Shown here piece after piece: positions 30,036 to 43,854 of a stretch of 64,000 bases of DNA (the stretch's first letter is position 1; each line of letters starts with the position of its first letter). Both the position numbers and the translations under genes were made by a program. Under the pieces are notes generated by a model. The model was not told the DNA's origin and ran no database searches. It worked only from the letters and a program-made list of their open reading frames with translations. Source of the stretch: Camelus dromedarius (Eukaryota); NCBI RefSeq assembly GCF_036321535.1, contig NC_087436.1, positions 88,290,001 through 88,354,000 on the forward strand. The letters run 5' to 3'.

Positions 30036-33000
30036 GATTTAGGTCAAGTGAAGTCTCCTAACAGAAAATTTCAGATAAACGTGTTTGTTAAGTCTCAAAT
30101 CATTAAAGTGGAAATTCCTAATACTGTTGATTGGTTGATTTTTCTTATTTATATTTTCCTCTTTCAAAAGAGGAAAATGTCACACTACATATGTCCTCCT
30201 CAAAACGAGATCATTCTCCACGTCCTGAGTGCCTAACAATTACTGAGGAGAGAAAGTCTTAGGTTCTTACTGAGAACTATGATGATAAAAATATTTCCAT
30301 TCTATCCTAAACCTATCCTTGTCTTTCTGGTTAACTACGATACAGTTTCCTCTGGTGACTCAGAAGTATTAGAGCATGTTTTTTAAAAGTCACTGTAAAA
30401 GTGACTCTTATGTAGATACAAGGACTAAAGCTGGGAGGTGTCTGTAGTATGCATCACAGTTAGCCCAACTAGCTTTTCAGGTGTTGTCCTGTATAATAAG
30501 TTCACTTTGCTCCCAGCTGAAGGAGTTGCTTCTGTTCTAAGCAGGTGTGGCCCTTTCCATAACTTGCTCCTACTTGCATGTTAGCTCTTGGCGATATTCC
30601 TGACAAAGTGGAAAATATTACAAACCACTAAAAGTATTTAAGTGAAAAACAATTACTCAATGGCTTAAAGGTATTTAGCAGTCCTAAAATCCTAAACCAA
30701 GATGTATGTGTGTGTGTGAGCACGTGCCCAAGTGGAGTTTAGAAATTGCAAGACACTTACAGCAATATTTGCATTTTTTAAAAACCAACCAAACAAAAAA
30801 ACCTTCAAATTCTTTGAAGAAACCTTTACTATCCAGTAAAACCAATTTATCTTCAGAGGCACATGCTGGGCTAGTCATTTCCTGCTTGTTTTCTCTCATC
30901 TATTCCTCACCAGCGTTCTCCACCAAGATCTACCCACCTCTGGTCTCGATATCAAGGGGCCTCTTCTCCACTATCTTGGCACTTGCAGCTTTAAGAAGGA
31001 AACCCAGGAACTTTCAAGGCTATGTGTATAAGAGATTCAGAATTAGAATCTTGGAGGCAAAAAGAAGAGGGGCCAGGGTTTGGATCTAGAATTTCTCCAG
31101 TCAGCATTGATCAGATCTTACCATTATGGGTTGCTTCAAAAGCTGTCATAATGGTAGGCATCACTTCCTTAAGGTCCTCTGGCCAGAGGGCAGCCCCCTA
31201 TCACACTGTTGGGGGCATGTATCATATTGATGTGAAGATGGGAAGGTCCATGACCCTTTCAGGGCAAAGGTGAACAGGTTCTTAAACTTTTAGCAGGCTG
31301 CTGTCTTAGCCCCAGATGAAACAAGGCCTTATCTACCACCCTTTTTGTGGTAGCAAGGGGGATGATATGATTGTTATATAACATTTATTATTTCCTCCTT
31401 TCTTTAAGTAGTATATCAGCAGGACAGTGAAGTTGGAAATGTAGAGTATGAACCACTTCTGAATATCTATGATGTTCAAGAGAACCTATCATTCAAGGAT
31501 AGGAGAAAACTTACTAAGAATTATCCAAATCTCCAAGTTGATATGACAAGTCCCACTAATCTGATCTAGGATTTAAAATTTATTATTCTGAGTATTGATC
31601 TAGAGATGGCAGAGAAATAATAGACTATGAATAGACGGTTGTATTAGGCTAAAATAAATTAAGCTGTCCTTGAGATATTTATATAGTTACTCTTCTATCT
31701 AAGAAGTTGTAGTGAATTCCATTCCTGAGTCTTTGGGGTATGTCTGGAATATTACACGGACTGAAAGACGTCATAAACTATTCAAACTGCCCGAGCACAT
31801 CTAGAAAGTGACTTTCTTATTCATCATCTTTGTGGAAGTGTAATTCTGTAAATATCTAGGTTTTTCTGAATTGGCCCAATAATAAGAGTAGCTAACAATT
31901 ATTGACTATGTTTATGATATGTAATAACTCATTTGAAACTCACAATTGTCCTTTGAGGTAACAGCTATTAGTATCACCATCTTCATTTTACAAATGAGGC
32001 TACTGAGACAGAAATGTTAAAGAATTAACCAGGAAGTAACAAAGTTCATTTTGAACCAAGGTGGTCTGACTTCAGAATCTGCACTCATAATCTCCAATAG
32101 TTCATGACCAAGACGAGTTCTCCATTGTTTTCCTTACAAGAATATTGACACCTCGGTCAGCTGCCATCTGGGGTGGGGTTGGGAGGGAGGGTTACTACTT
32201 TTATGACACCCAAATACTCAATCCTCTTGTTTGAAGAGCAAGTTTGCTAGTTTTGAAGTTTCAGCACCTCTGGGACTTGACACATTGAAACAATCTATTC
32301 CTTAAGGAGAGAGAAAGTTCCTCTCTCTCTTGCTCAAAAGGCTTCCTGGTAGACCATTTACTCAGACAGTATTCCAGACACTTGAGAGGTGGGTGGAGAA
32401 GTCCTGAAACACACACCGCCTCCCGCCCTCAGTCAGCAGTTTGCTAAGATGAAGCTTCATCATCTGAGCTTCTTACCAGAAAGCCTGGTAGACTAGTCCA
32501 GCCTGTAGTTTGATGGAGAAGAAGTCAGCAGAGGGAGTCTCTACGGCAGTAGCACTACCACCAAAATCAACAAAGCTTGAAGATGTAAGAGCCAGAATTT
32601 AATAGTAAGAGCGCTAGGCCCATACATGAGAGAAAGAAAATTTGAATGGGTCTTGAAATAAGAGAGACAAAAGCAGATATCAAAAGACAAAGCATAGAGC
32701 CAGGGAAACAGACAAGAACAAGGAGCAGTGGTCTCAACAGTAGATGAGAGAGTAATTCTTGGCAAATGTTAAAAGTTAAGTGGTTGCAGCCTTTGTAGCA
32801 GGTTGTGTGGAAGGAACAGTTGCATTTAAACAGCCAGTGATGCTGCTGCCTGGCTGGGTTGAGTTTCTAGCCTTGGGACACATCAGTAACCAGATACGCT
32901 GGACTAAAGCCCACTGTGCAGAGCTCCCTGATGCACAGGAGTCCACCATTGTGTTGATGTGTAAACAGATTCCATCTCCCCGAAGTTCCCGGAAACCAGA

Positions 33001-35041
33001 TAGCCCTCATCTCACATCTGCACTCTAGTCTAGAGAAATGAGGGTAGAGTGTTGGGCAGGGAAGAGATGAACGGTAGGGCACGGCACAGGTGATTCCCCT
33101 GTTGTCACTGGGCATGATTTACCTCAGACAGGGCACCTGCACACGAAGAGGTGGCTCTCAGTTCAAACTGAGCTGCTCTGTCTGTCTACTCTAGCATTAT
33201 TGGAAGACTCGCTTTCTCTTTTCTATCATCACCATTCTCCCAAATTATTTGAGCTTTTGCTATTGCCTGTTTTTGCAGCCCCCATCAGTTGATCAGAAGG
33301 TGTAGCTAGGTATTTAGGCAACCTTCAGTCATGCACAGCTGTCAGTTAGCAGTTATGTTTAAGCATCCTCTGGGTCCTTGAACATTGGATCCAAATTATG
33401 ATGTGGTATCTTTGTAAACAGCTTATGAGAAAATCACCAAAATTCTGTTGTACACTGGCAGCTAGACAGATCATGGTGTTGACCGTGATGATCCTGGCAG
33501 GTAGAAGGTATGTATACAATGGGATAGCAAGGGAGTGTGTACTGCTTTCAAAGATGAGATTGCAGGTTGCGTAGAAGATAATGAATTTATCCAACCTCTT
33601 GAACAGGCAGGATAAAGGAGATGTTTTTCTACTCCCTGCCTCAGACGCATTGAGAGCTACATCATAATGTTGCACAAGGTCCCCTCCAAGAGCAGGCGTA
33701 GCCTGTTAGAGTCCAAGCAGAAAAAAACAACTCCTCCTACAGTTAGTCGAAAGGCTAATAAAGGACACCACCTCCCACAGAAGCTGATGTGCTCCCTGAC
33801 TGCGATAATTCAGTTGCCAGATCTTGCACATGACTGTAGCAATGGGCTTGGCACTGGAACCTTAGATTTGGCCAGAACATTCAGTCATCCTTTGAAGGGT
33901 CAGCCCAGCAGTGAACCAGCCAGGATTGGGACCATGAGCAGAGAAAATGGGCAGAAGCTATTGGAAGATCCAAATGATGTGCTAAAGGACTCCAGATTCA
34001 TTTGTCTTGGGTGAGCCTAGCTTGAAGCCACAAAGTTCAGATAGTCCTTTCCTGACCTCCAAACAAATGATAACTATCATTTCTTGTTTTCTTATAGTTT
34101 CTTAGAATTTTTACATTCAGCTCTTCAGTTCATATGGGATTTATTCTGGTGGCATAACTCTAAATGGAGTTTTATATGGGGCACTGTTGTATGCTGGATT
34201 ATATACTCTCTCTATATATGCATTCGATCACTGTTAACTAATTCAAGGTACACTGTTAAGGGCCAGAGACCATAAAGGTCATAAGGACTGTGGTCCTCGC
34301 TCTGCAGATGCTTAGTGTCCAATTGAGGAGATGAAATGAATGAGGATAACTATACAAAGAACCTTGTGAAAAGTGCCAAGTGAGCTATATGGACAAGAGA
34401 GAACAGAAGGGCTTTTTCATGCTTGTTTTCTGATTTTTTTCTTTTTCTTTTTCTTTTTTTGAGAGAGTATTAGAGGAATAGAAGTAGATTCCTTCTGCCT
34501 GAGATAGTAAGAGTTTTCTCAGAAGAAGTGTGATTTCACATGGGCCTTCAGGGATAGGTAGCTGTCTTAATCTCGACTTGTTGATTGTAATGAACAGAAA
34601 ACCACTTGAATTATCTCAATTTAAAAAGGAGGATATCTACTCATCTCATTTCTGAGAATCTATACCAAAAGTAAGCTGGAAAAAAATATGAACAGAAATA
34701 TGCACAAGGCAATTTACTATTTATTATGCCATGATTTGTAACAGCAAAAGACTGAGAGCAACCCAAATGTTATCAACATGGGACTAGTTGAGAAAACCAT
34801 GAAGCAGTCACATAATGGAGGACGATGCCTCAGTGAAAAAGAAAAGGATCTCCATATGTCTCCATGATAACTGTTTCAGAATGGAGCTCAGTGTTAACAG
34901 CAGGGAGGGATATAAAATATATACATACATGCTTATGTTTGCAAGAAGAAACAATGGAAGAATCAATAAAAATCAAACCAAAAATCAGTTAGAAAATGGT
35001 TACCTAATGGGGAGCAGAAACAGAGTGAAGGGCATTGCAAT

Positions 35042-35508
35042 TGTGAAATAAAATTCATATTTTATGGTAAGACAAGAAAAATTTAAACATGAAAGAATTG
35101 TCTCTGTCCTTTGGCCTCCTCTCCCCTCTGCTGTGCATTGTGTATCTGCATTATGCATCCACCAAACCTTCCTAGAAGCAGAAATACCTGCTCAGCCATA
35201 AAGAACAACATTCTCCTAGCACCAACAAGACAACTCCTTTAGGATAACATTCCTTTTTGACCTTGTAAAGGGGTCACAGTGACCCACCACTTTGTACTTG
35301 CAGATCTGAACTGTGTAAACTGTCAATAATATGTCATCTAACGTACAGCCCTCTGTCTCAAAAAATTTATGTAACTGTGCTTTGACTCCTAATGGGTAGA
35401 ACAGTTCTAAGAGCTTTCTAAGAGGCTGTTCCCCAGGTTCTAATCCTCAATTTGGCTTGAATAAAAATTTTCATTTCTTAGGTTGACTGATGAATTTTTC
35501 ATTGATGA
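35042..35508 (+). mobile_element. Probable ERV1-type solo LTR inside an old L1 3' end
   Basis: TG start, LTR-like composition, late AATAAA (about 35460); no clean TSD found. Confidence 0.5.
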
Positions 35509-35729
35509 AACAGAATTTATCTTGAGTTTCTCTTGTAACATGGTTTTGACTTTGGAACCATGTAAATATTGACATGCTTAAAAAAACCAAAAATCAAAAA
35601 GTGAAAAAGGGGAGCTATTAAAAAGTCATATTATAACACCCGATGATAGCTAATACAGTGTGGCCAGGCCACTTGAGGAGTAGAACTATAAAGTAAGAAA
35701 CCAAAGCAATGTCCTCCATTTCCTTAAAC

Positions 35730-36310
35730 AATTCATTCATTTATGTATCTAACATATTTATTGAGCATGTATTATGCACCAGGAATTGTTCCAGGCATTG
35801 GGCACATAGCAAAGAATCAAGTGGAGGAAAAAGACCTGACTTCATGGAGCTTACATTTTAGTGATGGGTGACAGACAATAATCACATAAGTAAAGGAAGA
35901 GAATCAGAGAAGAGTATAAGGAGTGTGAGTAGGGGTGGGATTGCAATTTTAAATACAGTGCTTAAGGAAAGCATTACAGAGAAGATGACATTTGAGCAAA
36001 GGTCTGAAGGAGTTGAGAGAGCAAGACAAGCAGGTAACTTGGGAAGAGCAGACCAACAAAATAGCAAGTGCAAAGGCCCTGAGGCAATAATGTACCTGGC
36101 TTCATGGAGGAACAAAGTTTATGGGGCTAAACTAGAGCGAGTAGGGGGGAGAGTCGTGGGAGATGGAAGTCAGAGGGATGGAGGAAAGATTCTGTAGAGC
36201 CTACTGGGTGCTTGTGAAGACTTTGGCTTTTACTCTAAGTAAAATGAGAAGAAAAGGGAGGATTTTGAGCAGGAGGGTGGCGGGACTTGATTTACATTTT
36301 AACAAGAGCC
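35730..36310 (-). mobile_element. L2 LINE fragment
   Basis: cattcattcattt...atttattgagca...catggagcttacatt...ttttgagcaggagg. Confidence 0.8.
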
Positions 36311-36879
36311 CTCTCTTCTCTGCTTCCTGCACGTTTGCCAGTTGCTGCATTCCTCATTATTGTCTCTCAAAATTTCTGCTTACTCACGGCTTCTGGATTC
36401 CCTTCATAACATCAGTTTAGATGTGGCTTTTGTTTGGTGTTGTAACAACTGTTGACATTTCAGTTTGTGCGCCACTGTGACCTAATCACTCAGTCTCTCA
36501 GTGTCTCAATTCCTGATTCTTGGGTGACATAATATTAGACTCACATATTATTAGGCTAACTAAGATTAGTCCACTGTGGTAGAACAGGCTGAGGCTGGGG
36601 GGGAGGGGGCAGAGTGGTGAGGGGACAGAGGTGAACACAGTCCTGTAGTATTTCCAGATTATGGGCATGAAGGCAACAGTGAGCATATCAACTTCATCAG
36701 GTATCTCAAGTATTTTGGGCTTTATATACATACATAATAGTTAGTAATCTAGCATATTTAGTAAACAACCTATAATCCTATCAGACTGCTAGAGTGTTCA
36801 GTAACCACTTAAGAGTAATAGTAATGAGGTGACTTTATAATGCTTTATACTAAAATAGAGCTTCTAAAACTAACTGTGG

Positions 36880-37010
36880 CAGCGAGGGTATAGCTCAAGT
36901 GGTAGAGCACATGCTTAGTATGCACAAGGTCCTGGGTTCAACCCCCAGTAACTCCTCTAAAAAGTAAATAAACCTAATTATCTATACCCACCCACAAAAA
37001 ATAAAAAAAT
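36880..37010 (+). mobile_element. tRNA-derived camelid-type SINE
   Basis: TSD AAACTAACTGTGG at 36867-36879 and 37011-37023. Confidence 0.9.
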
Positions 37011-38847
37011 AAACTAACTGTGGTAAGGATGAGTTTTATTTATTTCCAACCTGTAGGAGAATTAGACTTTTGAAAAAGTGAATTCCTAGAAAAATAAAAT
37101 TTAAAAAGATATATAAAAGTAAAGCCTAAATTTTTTTCCCCAAACGTTTACTTACGAAAGTGCAACATCCACCCTATACAATTTCTTCTTTCTTCCAGGC
37201 TGCTTTACAACAAAACTAAACTTTTTGATCTCTCATTAGGGGCTTTGATTTTTATATTACAATTCTGATTGTGTATAAGCATTTCTGGTACATTAGAGCA
37301 GTGGTTCTTGAATTTAAAAGCTTAAATTTTTTATGGCAGAAAATTACACAAACTGCCATAAAAGTTTCTAAATGGTTCATCTCAATTTCTGTACTCACCA
37401 TGCACCAGTTACAAATAAGTTCTATGTTTTAAATAGCACCGTACTAAAAATCACTTCTCTAAGTAGTAGCTAAATTTTACAATAATGATGGCAGATTAAT
37501 GGTATTTTGTGTTCTGAGTGAGCACATTAAAGAATATGAATTGTGTCTTCGATGTTGCTTTCACTTTTCTCGTTCTTATTAAATAAGCTTCATGTCCTGC
37601 ATGTAGTTTCCAATGAATCTTTGTTGATTGAAATATTTCTCTAGCTTAAGAACACTTTTAACTACACGAAAAACAATGTGTAATTTAAATTTGCCATTAC
37701 AGTATAACTCTACTGCTAAATATAGCTGAAGTAGGTTCTACTTTTCCTTGGGTTAAAATTGAGAGAAACAAGGGGAAAAGGAAATTTCTTTTCTTAAATT
37801 TAAGAGATAGACAACAAAAAAGTACTAACACTGAGTCAGAGGGAATGTTGCTTCTAAATATTCACCTTTCACTAAGATTGAAAATCCTCGTTCTATAATT
37901 GATTTGTGGACCATTTTCTTAATTAAGCGAGTATTTAAGCACTTAATTGTTATGCTAAGTTCCCTATAAAGTGAACTAAGCTGATTAAAGTCCAATATTT
38001 TATGATTTCATCATCTAAGACAAATGTATCGATAAGTATAACTAAAGAAACAATAAACAAATTATTGATTTGTTTACAAACTGTCATTCTATAATCACTG
38101 ATCGGAGAGAAATCATAGAATAAGGTTACTCTGGTAGCGGTAAGCCTTGACTACTGGTTTATTTCCTAAGACTATGAGACTTTCTTCATCCACAGAATTC
38201 TGGGTAACCTTAATTTCAAATTCATGTAAAAACGTAATTTTAAAAATCTGAAATGATTATGGGGAAACTAAGTGAGGGCATTTAAGTCCCTTAGTACTGC
38301 CTTGAATTTATTTTAAAGACAGCTATAAATGTTCCAAGTTTTGGTTTTTTCCCTACGGAGTCAAAATAGTTCAGATTCCCTTAAGCAGGAAAAACATAAA
38401 ACAATACCCCATGTGACCCTCTGCCACAGTCTACAGTTAAAAAAACAGAAACAGAAAATTTTAAGAGAAACTATTTTTAAAGAATTATTTCAAATACATC
38501 ATTGCCAGGAATTTAAATCGCTCTCCTCCATACCAACTGTTGTGAACACACATTAACATTGTTTTCAAAATATTCTATACCTTTTAGGAAGAGATGCCAA
38601 CATTTTTAAAAAGAAAAACAAGTTCTAATGGTAAGGTTTTATAAGATAGAAATCAGTAAATGTTTCCTGAATTCATTTGTAAAAAGTGCTAACTTATTCC
38701 CATAACCATACTAAAAGCTACCGTGCTCCAGAGATGTAAATATGGTGGATGTCTGTTGTTTTTTCTGCTTAGCTCATTCTCTCCCCACCTCCCCGCCTCC
38801 TCTCCCCTCTCCCCTCCCATTCCCCCACCTCCCCCTTCCCCCACCAT

Positions 38848-39297
38848 ATGTTATCAGTGAGGCACTGGACATGCTTGTTCTCAATTATCTTTTCAAGGAT
38901 GTTTATACAGCAAACAGCCTTGGACTATAAAGATAATGCCTCTCTCTGTGTAGCAAAGGTTTGTTTACTATCCAATATGATAAAGTTTCCCCCCAGGGCC
39001 AAGGCCAGGCATGCATACTGCCCATTATAAAAGATTTGGGTTCCCCAAACTTGAGGTTTCTTACCTGTAACACAACCCATTGGGTGAGTAAGCACCACCT
39101 GGCTCTCTTCACGTTGCCCTGTGGGAACTGGAGCTCGGAATCAGTGCAAATGCTGATACTCTGCCTACTACTATATGTACGAATCATACATTGCTCTTTG
39201 TCTCTGACTCAGGAATCTCGTTTCTTCTGCTAGAATGAAACCTTGGCAGGAGAACTTGTTAACTTCGAAGTAGGGTGAAATCCCTGGGTTCCCTACA
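38848..39297 (+). mobile_element. Old LTR (MER21/MER77-like), apparently nested in an LTR16-like remnant
   Basis: ctttgtctctgactcaggaatctcg...gtagggtgaaatccc...ca terminal pattern; subfamily uncertain. Confidence 0.55.
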
Positions 39298-39519
39298 GTA
39301 CTCCAGTTCCTGCCCTAAATTCTTTCCTAAGAGACATCTATACCTTTGCCCTTTAGCTTCCTGAGAGAACTCTGTGTCCACATAATAAATCTCCCTTTTA
39401 TTTAAGCTTAAATGGGCTTCCGCTACACGTAATCAAAATAGTACTGATACAGCCAAGAAAATCTGTTTCTTTCTGAAAATTCAACAATAGGTCAAAATAA
39501 TCAAGTGGTTTTCTAAGCA

Positions 39520-40430
39520 CTTTCATTCAATTGTTGAGCCATTCCAAGTATTATGCTGGATGCTGGGGCTATAATAGTAAACAGCATACAGTTCATAGAG
39601 TTTCAATTCTCATAAGAGAAGCAGCCTAAAATAAAGGTATAGCAACACACAGCATTCGCAAAATGGGAGAAGTGCTGTGAAGAAAACAAAAAAGAGATGA
39701 AGGAAGAGAACATTAATGGAGGCTGCCTTACACAATGTGACTGGATAAGGTGACTTTGGGAGAGGCATATTTAAGCTGTAATGTGAAAGATGAGAAGGCA
39801 GAAGGTTGGTACAAATTGAAGAAACAGTAAGTGCCAAAACCTTGAGATGGGAAGAGCTTAGGAAATGTGAAAACTGAGAGAAGAACAAATGTGAATAACT
39901 GCAGAGACGGGAAGAATGCCAGGTGAGAATTTAGGCAGGAGCCTGATTATTCAGGGATTTATCCGCCAAAGTAAGGAGTTAGGACTTATTCTGCCTACAA
40001 TGGGGCGCTACTGGAGAGTCTTAAGCACTTAAGTGATAGGACCCAATTTGCATTTAAGAAAAGAAGTTTTGCTGTTGTGTGGAAGGTGGTTTGGAGGAAA
40101 GCAAAAGTGGAAGCAGAGAGACCAGTTAAGAGGTTGTTGCTTTGTCCAGGAGAGAAATGATGATGGCCAGGAATAAGTGATGGCAGTGGAGATAGAGAAA
40201 GTGGATTCCATGTACTGAGGAGACTGGGACAGTGAATGTGGGTAGGGGTGGCAACCTGGGAGAGTGATGGGGTTGGGGAGGTTTGGGGCCATGTTTATTT
40301 GGATACTGCTGTGAAATAGCCAACAGAAGATATCAAGTTGGCCACTGAAGATCAGAACCGTGAGGCAGCTGTGAGATCTAAGTTAGATATAAACTTGAGT
40401 GTCATCAACAGATGTATGATATCCCAGGAT
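39520..40430 (-). mobile_element. L2 LINE fragment
   Basis: gagaccagttaagaggttgttgc...tccaggagagaaatgatgatggc. Confidence 0.7.
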
Positions 40431-40849
40431 TGCAATTTCCAGGCTTCTTTCAGTTAATTCTCTTTCCCAGGCTTTGGTGCCAGCCCTCCCCAAATTGAGG
40501 CATACAAGAACTTCTGAATTTCCTGCAAACCACCTACAGAACATAAAGAACCAGGAGCACCATCTCCAGATTGCGCTCTCCTGATGGTGCCACCATTACT
40601 ATTTTTTTCTACTATGTCTGTAAAAGGTTGGTAGGGGGCTTCCTACCAGGTGGCCTCCTCCCAGAGACCCTGACAGAAAGATGCCTTTGCTTTCAGCCTC
40701 CACCTCAACCTATCTGGAGGGTTTTTACTGACATAGTTTAATGGGGGTACAGTTTGGGGTCCTTTCTCAGATTTATATCCAACCATGTTCAAGTTTGTAA
40801 ACTAAAATAACATTCCCTCCCCCTCCCCTGGGCATAAGTGCTTCTTCTT

Positions 40850-41345
40850 TGAAGACTGTTTTTAAAAACAGTTTTTTGGGGACATATAAATTACATACCA
40901 TAAAATTCACCCATTTTAGGTATATAATTCAATGAATTTTAGTAATATACAAAGTAATACACAAAGTTGTGCAACCATCATCACCATGCAGTCCTAGAAC
41001 ATTTCCAACACCCCCTAAAAATCCTCTCTGCTAATTTGCAGCCACTCTTTGTTTCCTCCCCAACGGCCCCAGGCAACCACTAATCTATTTTTGGCACTTT
41101 TTTGGCCTTTCGTAGACATTTCATATAAATGGAATCATACAACATGTGGTCTTTTGTGTCTGGCTCCTTTTACTGTGCATAATGTTTTTGAATTTCATCC
41201 AAGTTGTAGCATATATCAACATTTCATTGCTTTTTTTCTTGCTGAATTTCCTTCCATTATATGGATATTCAACATTTTGTTTATCCACTTGCTTGCTGAT
41301 GGTCATTTGGGTTGATTTTGGCTATTATGAGTAATGCTGCAAAAG
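40850..41345 (-). mobile_element. L1M 3' end
   Basis: ccccaggcaaccactaatcta...catataaatggaatcatac. Confidence 0.8.
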
Positions 41346-41530
41346 TAATATTCTTACTCACTAACCTTACTCAGATGTTGAAAGAATTACTTAATTTTTA
41401 ACTTGTGGGTTAAAGATGTAATTTGGAGTGAATTTTCTCTATTTTCCATTTTTGGGGGGAAATTTGGTTATGCTGTCTGTACAGTTTTAAAAGTAAATTT
41501 TATTTATTTGATTTAAAATTTATCATGAGA

Positions 41531-41630
41531 GGGGAGAGTATAGCTCAGTGGGAGAGCACATGCTTAGCATGAATGAGGTCATGTGTTCAATCCACAATAC
41601 CTCCATTAGGGGAAAAAAAAGTGGTAAAAA
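41531..41630 (+). mobile_element. tRNA-derived camelid-type SINE
   Basis: ggggagagtatagctcagtgggagagcacatgcttagcatg; imperfect AAAATTTAT duplication. Confidence 0.85.
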
Positions 41631-43218
41631 AAATTTATTCTGAAATAGCTCAGTCATACACAAAGGCATAATAAGAATTATAATTTAAAAAATCGTGCAT
41701 CTACCACAGCTGAGGAAATATCCCTCTGTCCAGGAGATAATCACTATCATGAATTTGTATTTTCATTCCCATATATGTTTACTAACATGTATCATTCTTA
41801 CAAAATATACAGTATTTTTTGCAGGTATGAAATGTACATTGTATGAAAAACAATGGTACCACGTATTCTTCTGAATACTTTAGTGTTAACTCATTTTTAT
41901 TTTCACAACCACCATGTGAAGTAGGAATAATCACTATCCCCACTTTATAGACAAGGAAATTGAGGCCCATAGAGGGTAAGTGATGGCCAATGTCACAAGG
42001 TCGGTTAATAAATAATAGAGGTAGGTTTGAATTCAGCAGTCTGCTCTAGACTATCTGCATGACGATGCCACACTGTTTCAAATGCTGTTATGCTCCAATA
42101 CTGTTCCTTTTGCAATCTGCTTTTCCCCTCAACATTACATTTGCAAGATTCCCCCATAATGATACATGAAGCCATAGTTCATTCCTTTTCATTACAGTGC
42201 AGTATTCTGTGTGTGCATAGGCCACAATTCATTTATCTATTCTACTATTAATTGAGATTGTGACCAACAATACTGAAAGTACATTCTTGTACAGGTTTTC
42301 TGTGCACATATGCAAGAATTTCTATGGGGTCTATGCCTACAGGAGGAATTTCTGGGTCACACGGTATGTACATCTTCAAATTAACTGAGTATCTCCACAA
42401 TGGTGATATCATTTTACTTTCAAGAAATCAATTTGTAAAAAATTTTGCTGTCCATGGTTACAATATATAAAATAACTAAGCACTACAAGAAAAGGGAATC
42501 AAATGCCAAGAAAGGTCATAGGAAATGGAAGTTAAACAGAATAGTAAAGTAACCCAAATCTACCATTTATCAATTCTCTCTTTTGAATGCACGCAACAAA
42601 GGTGAAGCTCAGCATTTCTCCACTCTCCACTCTCCTCTCCTTTTCCTTTCCTTCTAAGCTATAGTCAACTCTTAGATCTTCCCTGAAGGTGATATAATAC
42701 TATAAATATGAAAATTTCTGAATTCTTTCCAGAGGGGCGAATTTCGCTGAAGTGGAGAGCCTTCACAATCCAATGTTTCACTGACTCCCTCTTTTCTTTA
42801 GTTATTGCCAGAAGTTTCTTCTCTACCAGTGTGAAACTTGCCATTTTATTTTCACTCACAATCGTGGAGTATTAAGGAGCTGAAACTCTGTTTCACATAC
42901 AGTTATAGATATAATATATATAGACCTCAAGGTAAGTTTTCTCAATGAACAACTTTAAAGTTGTAAAAAAACAGTAAGTTTGGTGTAAGAAACTTTAGCC
43001 CAATTGTTTGATAATTTACATGCATCTAACTTTAAATATCTAACATGGCATATGAAAATTGGGATTAAAAGAAATATAAGCCAACTTTGGAAGGTATTCT
43101 TTTTGAAATAGTTTATGATTCCTTTCAAAAGCTTTCTCCCTCATACATTTAAAGTAGAACTACATGCAGTTTGCTTCTAAATTATGAGGGCTATATCTCT
43201 TCCTCTGCTGCTTGGAGG

Positions 43219-43854
43219 TGTTACAGGAAAATGGGCAGGAAACGATGGTCATGTCCCAGGTCCCAGGTGAGTCCCTGGGATGCACCCCTCCAAGTGAGGG
43301 TCCTGGGCTTCATTTCGGAAAGAATGCAAGAGTGAGCCATAGTTGAGTAAAGGTAGATTTTTTTTTCAGAGAGATGCACACTCCATAGGCAGAATGCAGG
43401 CCATCTAGAGAGGCGAGAGGCAAAAGGGGAGGGGGTGGCCCCAAAGCATGGGATTCTCTAGGAAAGTGAGATCCAGCCATGAGGCGTGGGGCTGGTTAGG
43501 TTTTATGGGCTCAGTAATTTCATATGCTAACAAGTGGGAGGATTACTTCAACTACTTTAGGGAAGGGGCTGAGATTCCCAGGAACTGGGCCACCACCTGC
43601 TTTTTGACCTTTTATGGTTAGCCTCAGAACAGTCATGGCATTTGTCAGTGTGTCATTTACCATGCTAATATATTACAATGAGTGTATAATGAAGCTCAAG
43701 GTCTACCAGAAGTCAAATCTTTCCCCATCTTGTGTCTCAAGGTCTAATGGGAGTTAAATCTCCCACCATCTTGGTTCTCACCAGTTTTTGTCCTATCTTC
43801 AATTGCTGTGTCATTCTTTTAATAGTTGTGCCCTGCCCCTTCTCTCCTGCTTCA
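43219..43854 (-). mobile_element. Solo ERV1-type LTR, family A copy 1
   Basis: TG...CA, 636 bp, TSD GAGG (43215-43218 and 43855-43858); reverse-complement homolog of 46847-47472 and 55865-56482. Confidence 0.9.

Noticed and set aside
31016..31100. KAMCIRDSELESWRQKEEGPGFGSRISP resembling beta-tubulin RAILVDLEP...GPFGQIFRP
   Set aside because: It lies 20 kb upstream of the putative first exon and out of order; that segment is already supplied by 52984-53145, so the match is probably chance.
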